This document shows positions 57,131 to 64,000 of a stretch of DNA of 64,000 nucleotides, piece by piece. Made by a program: the position numbers and the translations under genes. The notes below the pieces were generated by a model. That model saw only the letters and a list, made by a program, of their open reading frames with translations. It ran no database searches and had not been told where the DNA came from. Location of the stretch: the IMG/VR virus record IMGVR_UViG_3300037851_000542, positions 1-64,000 of that record; one strand, 5' to 3'. This stretch comes from a virus. Lineage: Duplodnaviria; Caudoviricetes. Each line of letters begins with the position of its first letter. The stretch's first letter is position 1.

Positions 57131-57487
57131 ATGCAAGTTAAAAACCAAGAAATTATTAAAAACTTAGTAACTTTATTAACAATCAGTGAAGAAATGTCTA
57201 ACTCTAAGGACAGTTCCTGTAAGTTTAATGCCTTTTTTTCTACGGTGCAATCAGAATTAGAAACTATTGGTAATCTCCTAGATCAAGTAAGAAATGACTA
57301 CATTGAACAAGTAAAGGACGGTACTATACAAAATGTATGCCAAAGTTTACTTGAAATATCAAATGTAAATTTAAATATAAATTACTCTCAGGAAAATGTT
57401 GCTTTATCGGATGAGTTTAATGTAAACTATAATACTGAAACAGTAGATTCAAGTTTATTCCTAACAGACCTGTCGGAACTAAATTAA
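57131..57487 (+). CDS. hypothetical protein
   Basis: promoter 57061. Confidence 0.75.
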   Translation: MQVKNQEIIKNLVTLLTISEEMSNSKDSSCKFNAFFSTVQSELETIGNLLDQVRNDYIEQVKDGTIQNVCQSLLEISNVNLNINYSQENVALSDEFNVNYNTETVDSSLFLTDLSELN

Positions 57488-58228
57488 ATGGAAAAAAGTA
57501 ATATACGTTATATTCTAACAATTGATTTAGAACTGACTTGTGATGATCACCCTAATTGGTCTCCAGAATTTCAAGAAATTATAGAAATAGGATGGGTTCT
57601 ATCTGATCTAGAATATAATATTATAAAAGAAGGTCAGTTCTTTGTAAAACCTCTAAGAAATAGGATAATATCTGATTATTGCACTAAACTTACAGGGATA
57701 ACACAAGAAGACGTAAAATATGAAAAAAAACTATCAGTTGCTGTACACAACTGGTATAATGAATTAGAGTGCCCTTCAAATGAGATAATGTTAGCTGGTT
57801 GGGGAAATGACGCTGAGTGGCTAAAAAAGGAATTAAAAGAGCAGGGTTATGATCTTGCATTTGATTATAATTATATTAATATAAAATTAGCTGACCAACT
57901 TTTATATAAGAGACCACAAGGTAGACGGGGCTTAAAAGCTGTTTGCGAAAGTTTAAACCTAAGTATGGAGTCTCCCCAACATAGGGCGCTTCCTGATGCT
58001 AAAACAGCGTTTAAAGTATTAAAAACTCATAAACTAGGTGTATTAGATTACGCTATTAGTAAGGATAGGACTTACAAACAAGCTCTCACTAGAAAATATA
58101 GTAATATGGTAGATAAACTAGTTAAAAGATCCAACCTGACACAAGAAAAATCATTAAAATTGCTACAATATACCGATTATGATTTTACTAAAGCTTTAAA
58201 CATTTTTAAACTTTTAAAAGAAGATTAA
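57488..58228 (+). CDS. DEDDh 3'-5' exonuclease (ERI/KapD-like)
   Basis: IDLELTC (ExoI), EIIEIG, CTKLTGITQEDV, WGNDA, QHRALPDA (ExoIII). Confidence 0.85.
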   Translation: MEKSNIRYILTIDLELTCDDHPNWSPEFQEIIEIGWVLSDLEYNIIKEGQFFVKPLRNRIISDYCTKLTGITQEDVKYEKKLSVAVHNWYNELECPSNEIMLAGWGNDAEWLKKELKEQGYDLAFDYNYINIKLADQLLYKRPQGRRGLKAVCESLNLSMESPQHRALPDAKTAFKVLKTHKLGVLDYAISKDRTYKQALTRKYSNMVDKLVKRSNLTQEKSLKLLQYTDYDFTKALNIFKLLKED

Positions 58229-58233
58229 TTTTA

Positions 58234-58554
58234 ATGTACAGTGATCAATTAGACCTTTGTGTAAAAAACATTCTTTTTTTAGAAGACCAGCTACTAAAAT
58301 TAGCTGCCAGAAAGGATCTTCCATCTTTTGTTTATGGTAGACTAGAACAACATTTAGAAATAGTTAAAGTTCAGAAAAAAAATGTAATTAGAATGAATAC
58401 TTTAATTAAACAAAACTATGAATCTGATGAGATCTTTCAATGTTCGGCTAGAATTAAAGCACTTGCTGAGATGATCAATAGAGACTGTCTAGATATAATT
58501 AACACTTTAAAAAACAAACAAAATCCTAAGGAAAGCGAAAACAATGAAAATTAA
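58234..58554 (+). CDS. hypothetical protein
   Basis: clean ORF. Confidence 0.7.
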   Translation: MYSDQLDLCVKNILFLEDQLLKLAARKDLPSFVYGRLEQHLEIVKVQKKNVIRMNTLIKQNYESDEIFQCSARIKALAEMINRDCLDIINTLKNKQNPKESENNEN

Positions 58555-58810
58555 ACTAACAGTAACAGATACAAAAAAACCTATGAAGTTTCAAACCAGA
58601 CAAGGGAATTTAACCTCTTTTGATAGCGACCCTGCTACTGACTACTCGCATGTTACATTTGGGTTTGAAGATGCAACACCAGTCTCAATAATTTTTAGTA
58701 TACCTGATATGCCAGTTATTTTACAGCTAAAAGATGACTTCCTTAAAGGTAAAATTGGAGGCACTTATAAAATTAATACTTCTGAAATCACAATTGTTAA
58801 AGTTAACTAG
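58544..58810 (+). CDS. hypothetical protein
   Basis: AAGGA SD. Confidence 0.7.
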   Translation: MKIKLTVTDTKKPMKFQTRQGNLTSFDSDPATDYSHVTFGFEDATPVSIIFSIPDMPVILQLKDDFLKGKIGGTYKINTSEITIVKVN

Positions 58811-59141
58811 TAGAAATTTAATGGACTATACTGAAAAGAAAATATATAAAATAACTGCATCTATAAAAGCCCTTTACTCTGGAGTAGAAATATCTTACCC
58901 TCCTTATGGACACATAGTTATGTTCAAGGAAGGGGAGCCTATTACTACAAACGGTAAGACTTTTGTACTGCACGAAGATACTTTGTTTGTAAAATATATA
59001 AACAAAGAAGGGGAGATTACTTTTTCTAATTTTTATTTATTAAATATAAGTGGGTTCTTTAATTTCTTGGCAGAACTATCAGATCACGAGTTAGCTATTT
59101 ATACGGGACAAGCTATATTAAATACAAACAACTTTAAATAA
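58734..59141 (+). CDS. hypothetical protein
   Basis: real start probably MDYTEKK near 58821. Confidence 0.65.
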   Translation: MTSLKVKLEALIKLILLKSQLLKLTSRNLMDYTEKKIYKITASIKALYSGVEISYPPYGHIVMFKEGEPITTNGKTFVLHEDTLFVKYINKEGEITFSNFYLLNISGFFNFLAELSDHELAIYTGQAILNTNNFK

Positions 59142-59625
59142 CTTTAACTAACCACCAAGTATTGCTATAATCTTTAAAGTTACGTATTATTTTAACCTGT
59201 TTGTTGTTTTTAAGACACATTATATAAAAATCAGCTAAAGGGTTATCTATTTTTTGGTATAACTTCTTTATGTTATATAAAGTCCCATTGCTATAGAGTT
59301 GATAATATTTATATTTTCTTACTATATCTTTATAGTCCCTTATACCTACTTCTAGGTCCCTAAAGGCGGTTTTTATATTTGGTTTTTTTAAAAGCCCCCA
59401 AATTACTTTATACTGACCGGTCGTTCTTAACTGTCTGTGCTTTGATTGGGTCTGTAAATCAAAGTACTCTACTATAACCATATAATTTTTAACATAGATA
59501 CTAATAATATCGTATATTCTGCCACCACTTAAAAAGTAATAATGTTCTGGATCAATGTTATTAAACTGAGATAGATCTCTGGGGTTTAGGTCTGGAGACC
59601 TGCTTAATAATAGATTAAAGTCCAT
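59134..59625 (-). CDS. two-domain small phage protein, tail-like end
   Basis: duplicated YY.L...G..Y.I unit; ends WWLVKVI*. Confidence 0.7.
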   Translation of the reverse strand: MDFNLLLSRSPDLNPRDLSQFNNIDPEHYYFLSGGRIYDIISIYVKNYMVIVEYFDLQTQSKHRQLRTTGQYKVIWGLLKKPNIKTAFRDLEVGIRDYKDIVRKYKYYQLYSNGTLYNIKKLYQKIDNPLADFYIMCLKNNKQVKIIRNFKDYSNTWWLVKVI

Positions 59626-59634
59626 TGTTTTACT

Positions 59635-59668
59635 ACAATTTTCACAATTTTCACAATTTTCACAATTT
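59635..59668. repeat. 9-bp tandem repeat ACAATTTTC x3.8
   Basis: read directly. Confidence 0.85.
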
Positions 59669-59703
59669 GTGAGCTGTGAATTTACAGTTTGTAAATTGTA
59701 AAT

Positions 59704-59913
59704 TTACTCAACGTTCTCATCTGATAAATCGCTTTCCAACATCACAGGTTGAGCGCTTTTAATTTTCCACATTGAATAAACATCAAATAACATACTGCCT
59801 ATAAGAAACATAAACAACAAAAAGAATAATACAAAAAAATCTCTGGCTATTACAAATAAGAACTTCACTTTTGTCTCCTGAAAAGGTATAATAAATAGAT
59901 ACATCTTCTTCAA
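59704..59913 (-). CDS. small membrane protein
   Basis: hydrophobic core. Confidence 0.55.
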   Translation of the reverse strand: MKKMYLFIIPFQETKVKFLFVIARDFFVLFFLLFMFLIGSMLFDVYSMWKIKSAQPVMLESDLSDENVE

Positions 59914-59926
59914 TTATATATAAAAA

Positions 59927-60505
59927 TTGGAACAATTTCAAATGGTTAATCCAAATAATTCTAAAATTTTAGTTATTGCAGGTCCTACTGGGTCAGGTAA
60001 AACCACAATTCAGGCTGAATTACTTAAAAGAAATCCTGAATCGCTGTGTAAAATTGTAACTTGCACCAGTAGACCCTTAAGATCCAATGAAAAACAAGGG
60101 GATCCTTATTGTTTTCTTAGCCAATCAGAGTTTGAGGATAAGATAAATAATGGTGAATTTTTAGAATGGGTTAAGTATGATAATAGCTACTATGGTACCC
60201 CTAAAGATGCTTTTTTGGGCTTAATAGCTACTCCAGTAGCTATTATGGACTTAAGAGGTGTTATAGAATTAATTGAATTATACCCTGATCGTACTGAAGG
60301 AATTTTAATTTATGCTGGCTTTGAAACCCTTAAATCTAGGTTAAGTAAAAGAACAGATTCTAGTTATGATAGAGCTTCTTTACTTTTAGCAAACGAGTTA
60401 GAAGAGTTTAAGGAAGTTGAAAATATATTTACTTTGGCTTTTGATAATGATATTTATGATTTAGATCATATTTGCACTTCTATAGAGAAGAAATTTCTTC
60501 TATGA
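59927..60505 (+). CDS. gmk: guanylate kinase
   Basis: VIAGPTGSGKTT, TCTSRPLRSNEKQGDPYCF, FLEWVKYDNSYYGTP. Confidence 0.9.
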   Translation: MEQFQMVNPNNSKILVIAGPTGSGKTTIQAELLKRNPESLCKIVTCTSRPLRSNEKQGDPYCFLSQSEFEDKINNGEFLEWVKYDNSYYGTPKDAFLGLIATPVAIMDLRGVIELIELYPDRTEGILIYAGFETLKSRLSKRTDSSYDRASLLLANELEEFKEVENIFTLAFDNDIYDLDHICTSIEKKFLL

Positions 60506-61218
60506 CCCGATTTAATAACACAAAGTCTTTAACCTATAAAGAATTAGAATACTTATTACAGACTCAGAAATTCTTTAGGGTACTAAACGACAAGAATAAT
60601 AAGACCTATTTTTGTGAAGTAGAGGTAATTGATAATAATATTTGTTGCTTTAATACTGTTTCAAATAGGCTCATTTATAGGTTCCCCAAGGAGGAGCTGG
60701 GTATAAAGTATAAAATAATACCAGACTCTCATTATTTAAATTTTAAAAAAATACAATCTATAGGTGCAAAGGAGCTTACTGAGTTTTTACTAGGAGCAAA
60801 AAGAAAAGGTATTATTCACATCCCTGTAACAATTTATTTTGAGTGCAAGCCAAAGATTTATAACAAATGTGCTTTTCTAGACGTTACATATAGTAGCCTT
60901 ACTGATATAACAGAAGGGGACATTGAGTTAGGATACTTAAGTCCCGATATGACAACTAGACATAATTTAAAATTAGGAGATCTAGGGACAGCTTTTAAAT
61001 TACAAATACCTAAGGATTTTGTATTCTTTTCTACTCTGGCTAGCCGTAATAGTTTGAGAACCGTGAATACATTTTCCTCTGAGGAAAGCAGAAATATACT
61101 TAAGGTTATGTATGATTTAAAGTTCGGATTAAGAGGTTACGTACTAAGTAATATACACAGTGTAAAGTTACCATACTCCTCTAGTAACTATCCTGTAAAA
61201 TTTCTCTATCTGGTTTAG
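60502..61218 (+). CDS. hypothetical protein with tail
   Basis: ATGA-coupled to gmk; ends FLYLV*. Confidence 0.75.
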   Translation: MTRFNNTKSLTYKELEYLLQTQKFFRVLNDKNNKTYFCEVEVIDNNICCFNTVSNRLIYRFPKEELGIKYKIIPDSHYLNFKKIQSIGAKELTEFLLGAKRKGIIHIPVTIYFECKPKIYNKCAFLDVTYSSLTDITEGDIELGYLSPDMTTRHNLKLGDLGTAFKLQIPKDFVFFSTLASRNSLRTVNTFSSEESRNILKVMYDLKFGLRGYVLSNIHSVKLPYSSSNYPVKFLYLV

Positions 61219-61219
61219 A

Positions 61220-61552
61220 ATGCTTACCATAGATCAATTATATAACTACTGGGCGAAGTATCAACACACTACTTTTATAACTTTAAACAATGAAAATAGA
61301 CCTTACAAAGTAAGTTCTAACCCGCTTAGAGCGCCCTGGAAATTTAAATTAAAAGGGCATTGTATTTATATTGAAGAAAGATGTTTTGTTTTTAATAAAA
61401 TAAGGCACAATATGATAGGAAATGCCCTTATAATATTAGATCATAAAACTGAAACAGACTCTATAGAAACAGTGGTTATAAAACTGCCTAGGTTTTATAA
61501 CCAAGATGCTTTAATCACTGATCCTAGGATTAAAAAAATACATTTAATTTAA
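61220..61552 (+). CDS. hypothetical protein with tail
   Basis: ends KIHLI*. Confidence 0.7.
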   Translation: MLTIDQLYNYWAKYQHTTFITLNNENRPYKVSSNPLRAPWKFKLKGHCIYIEERCFVFNKIRHNMIGNALIILDHKTETDSIETVVIKLPRFYNQDALITDPRIKKIHLI

Positions 61553-61857
61553 AGCAAATTGTAACCATTAGGATAAAGAGAATTATACTGAGCAATAAAC
61601 TGACGCTCTTTAATTCTTACCTCTGATAAAGTTAAACCTTCTTCTAAAACTTCCATAACAAAAGATTCTTTTCCCAGAAGTCTTATGGCTGAATATAAAG
61701 GTTTATTATAATACTTATGGTGATGTGATCCATAAGCAATTGAAAAATGTGTTAATCTTCTTCTATTAGCATCATTAGTAATGCCTATATAAACTCTGTC
61801 TGGTTTATTTGTTGACCAGAGTTTGTATAGTAGATATTGTTTACCTTGACATTCCAA
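61549..61857 (-). CDS. GIY-YIG nuclease (single domain)
   Basis: YLLYKL...VYIGITND..RR..H...LYSAIR..G...F...VLE...ERQFI...N...GYN. Confidence 0.85.
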   Translation of the reverse strand: MECQGKQYLLYKLWSTNKPDRVYIGITNDANRRRLTHFSIAYGSHHHKYYNKPLYSAIRLLGKESFVMEVLEEGLTLSEVRIKERQFIAQYNSLYPNGYNLL

Positions 61858-61860
61858 TAG

Positions 61861-62307
61861 TTAGTTTTCTTTATTAAGTGTGCTTTTTAATTTCTTGTAC
61901 TCTGCAAGAGAATCTCTTTTCTTAATTTCTGGAGCGGCTTTAATTTCAACATTACTAGTCTGAACTTCAATATCAAAAATATCGTTTACTTTATTCAACT
62001 CAGAAAGTACACTTCTACTGACACTTAAGGTATTCACATTAGGTTCTTCCGTGAATTCAGGTGTATGAATAGGCTCATCAGAAAAGTATAGGTTTAGTTC
62101 AAAAATTAAAGCATCTTCTGAACTATCAAACCCGATAACTTTATAGCTTTCTATACCTATGTTTTTAGACCTTAATCCTGTGGGTAAGCTGGGCGTAACT
62201 TCTGAGACCAGAAACCGCCTAAAAACGGGGGTTTCTGGTATGAATACTTTTGAAATAGGCACTGTTATAGTTTTTTTCATTTTAAAAAATCCTGTGCTAG
62301 GTTCCAC
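61861..62307 (-). CDS. hypothetical protein
   Basis: start probably MKKT near 62280. Confidence 0.6.
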   Translation of the reverse strand: MEPSTGFFKMKKTITVPISKVFIPETPVFRRFLVSEVTPSLPTGLRSKNIGIESYKVIGFDSSEDALIFELNLYFSDEPIHTPEFTEEPNVNTLSVSRSVLSELNKVNDIFDIEVQTSNVEIKAAPEIKKRDSLAEYKKLKSTLNKEN

Positions 62308-63188
62308 ATATCTACATTAAAGTCTATAACAAAATTTATACCTGTTGGCGTTTTAGGTTTTCTGTATTTTGTCTCATTGTTTTTAACTGTGCCTACTTCA
62401 TAATGAGGTACTAGTAAGTTCTCATGTACCCTATTATACACTTTCCAAAGTCTGTTTCCTTCATCAGCTTCTCTATGTACTTTAAGTACATCTTTTACAT
62501 TTACTACTTTATCAAGAAATCTGAGTTTTATAGCTTTTTCAGCAAACTCTCTTGTTTCAGCACTAGTAAGTATTTTACTATACATTTTATTAATTTGCAA
62601 CTTTAACAGAGGCAAATGTTCAACTAATTCTTGCATAACTTTAGGAAGATACTCGGGTTGATCTGAGTAATGTTTCATTGACCATTTAAAAATACCCCCA
62701 GCAATTACATTATGCAAACTAACTGTTCTAAAAAATCCTAGTTGTAGTGTTTGCTTAGTGGTACCGTCGTGAGCACCTGTCTGAACTATTGTAAGCTTTC
62801 CTTCTCCTTCTAGGTCAAAGCTAGTAGATCCGTGATGATATGTTGCCCTGTATTTTTGAAACCCTACCCTGTGCTGGTTTCTTTTTTGGCGGCGCTGTTC
62901 TTGGTACTGTTGAATCTTCCATCCTCTTGTATTTAGATTTTCAATAACTGAGATATCGTCAGTTTTTCTAAACTTAGAAGTAGTACTTTGTGGATCTCTT
63001 TCAGTAATTATTATGGCGCTTTTTGGTAACAAAATTTCATTGTTTAAGAGGGCTTTAAGTTGTCTTTCAGACAATCTAGATTCTTTTTTTACTGGGACAG
63101 TTGCTATAGAAGGTTGCATAGAAGTTTCCAATATGTTAAAATTAAAAAGTAAAATATCTTCTATTAAGTATATCGACACCGAATACAA
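62277..63188 (-). CDS. DUF932/DUF945-like protein
   Basis: GWKIQ...AHDGTT...LQLGFFRTV...NRLWKVYNRVHENL; real start probably MQPSI about 63116; promoter at 63171-63198. Confidence 0.65.
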   Translation of the reverse strand: MYSVSIYLIEDILLFNFNILETSMQPSIATVPVKKESRLSERQLKALLNNEILLPKSAIIITERDPQSTTSKFRKTDDISVIENLNTRGWKIQQYQEQRRQKRNQHRVGFQKYRATYHHGSTSFDLEGEGKLTIVQTGAHDGTTKQTLQLGFFRTVSLHNVIAGGIFKWSMKHYSDQPEYLPKVMQELVEHLPLLKLQINKMYSKILTSAETREFAEKAIKLRFLDKVVNVKDVLKVHREADEGNRLWKVYNRVHENLLVPHYEVGTVKNNETKYRKPKTPTGINFVIDFNVDMWNLAQDFLK

Positions 63189-63198
63189 ATAACTTTAG
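63171..63198 (-). promoter_or_regulatory. sigma28-type promoter
   Basis: CTAAAG-N16-TCGATA. Confidence 0.7.
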
Positions 63199-63213
63199 AC
63201 TATAATTAACTCC

Positions 63214-63402
63214 ATGTCATATTTTTTTATTTATTTACTAGGTTGCTTTGCTTCTGGTCTGTTAGTACCTTGCACGACAAAGATACTAGAATCTCCACCA
63301 TCGGTACTAGAGTTCATTATTACTATAGTAGCCTCTTGGATAGGTGTTGTGTTACAGATAGGGCTTATTATAGTTTTTATACTGCTTTATTTTTTGACCT
63401 AA
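63214..63402 (+). CDS. small 2-TM membrane protein
   Basis: two hydrophobic segments. Confidence 0.55.
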   Translation: MSYFFIYLLGCFASGLLVPCTTKILESPPSVLEFIITIVASWIGVVLQIGLIIVFILLYFLT

Positions 63403-63406
63403 TCTA

Positions 63407-63628
63407 CTATTCTAATATAATTTCAAATACTAGATTATCCTTTACAATAGAGGATTTTATAGATTTCAGGTTATAGTACCTTTTATAATTTAAAAAAGAC
63501 TTTCCTGCTAAAAATTCTTCTAGTACTTCTTGAGGATCAGTCTTTTTATAATTACAAGGTAGATGCATAAACTCCAACTTAGAGTTTATGTAGAACTTAT
63601 AGTGAATGTCTGAGTCAAAGTTTGTCAT
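63407..63628 (-). CDS. hypothetical protein
   Basis: clean ORF. Confidence 0.65.
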   Translation of the reverse strand: MTNFDSDIHYKFYINSKLEFMHLPCNYKKTDPQEVLEEFLAGKSFLNYKRYYNLKSIKSSIVKDNLVFEIILE

Positions 63629-63632
63629 ATAG

Positions 63633-64000
63633 TTAAATTAAAAATACTCTATCGGGAGCAGTCCATAATCTCTGTTCCTGTGTTAAGGTATAATCCTCAA
63701 ACTTCTCATCGCCTTTAAATAAAAATAGATACTTAAAATCCTTACTGGGGCTGTAAGTGTAAACTTTATTAGTGTCTAAATCGAGGTAATAGGCAAAACG
63801 TTTATTGCTAAACAAATACACATAATTTTCTAATCTAATTTGCCCTACTGCTAAGCGTGGATTCCTATTACTGGTATGGTTTGAATAGGGAATAGGCTGC
63901 CATTTACCTTCTTCAATGTATCTTAAAACCTGTTTAAAAGATAGTGGACCAAAGCTTGACCTTGACCCCCAATAAGAAGTATTTGAACTATAAGTGTGTA
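63633..64000 (-). CDS. 5'-partial protein with tail
   Basis: the frame of the track ORF stays open to the window end (at least 121 aa); ends RVFLI*. Confidence 0.7.
   Translation of the reverse strand, partial: HTYSSNTSYWGSRSSFGPLSFKQVLRYIEEGKWQPIPYSNHTSNRNPRLAVGQIRLENYVYLFSNKRFAYYLDLDTNKVYTYSPSKDFKYLFLFKGDEKFEDYTLTQEQRLWTAPDRVFLI

Noticed and set aside
2840-63476. Shadow ORFs (2840+, 8009+, 9080+, 11273+, 22405+, 29082-, 31251-, 32407-, 37512-, 39011-, 43063-, 43073-, 44266-, 55024+, 56381-, 56409+, 62424+, 63243+)
   Set aside because: They overlap better-supported genes antisense or out of frame and lack promoters, SD or motifs. 35065+ is unresolved and was left out.

Overview
AT-rich, gene-dense segment that most likely comes from a large (jumbo-type) bacteriophage genome. 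It has no structural, rRNA, tRNA or CRISPR/cas genes that I can recognise. Layout: (1) 1-8.8 kb is a minus-strand tandem array of about 33 small proteins that begin with an M-x-Y-L-type strand and end in a hydrophobic tail (hydrophobic-Y-L/F-I/V-stop). The same tail recurs on about 25 more ORFs elsewhere, including unrelated ankyrin-repeat proteins, and is kept through synonymous codons and all three stop codons, so it looks like a protein-level C-terminal sorting or degradation tag. (2) 9-27.4 kb is an array of 1-3-gene cassettes that share a regulatory block: palindromic terminator, AGCTTTATATAAAGCT palindromes, sigma54-type boxes, an upstream element, a sigma28-type promoter and an SD. (3) 27.3-28.2 kb is a divergent non-coding switch region with four phased hairpins. 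(4) 28.4-35 kb is an ankyrin cluster plus a GIY-YIG endonuclease. (5) 38.7-40.6 kb is an IS607 element with a nonsense-inactivated tnpA and an intact-looking tnpB. (6) 42.8-64 kb holds a GC-richer prfA, a RuvB-like ATPase, an orphan ParD-like protein, an RNA ligase, an SF2 helicase, an SSB-like protein with a Q/P-rich tail, a DEDDh exonuclease, guanylate kinase and DUF932. About 43 promoters match CTAAAG-N16-CCGATA (sigma28/FliA-like). All family assignments are by eye from motifs; no database searches were run.
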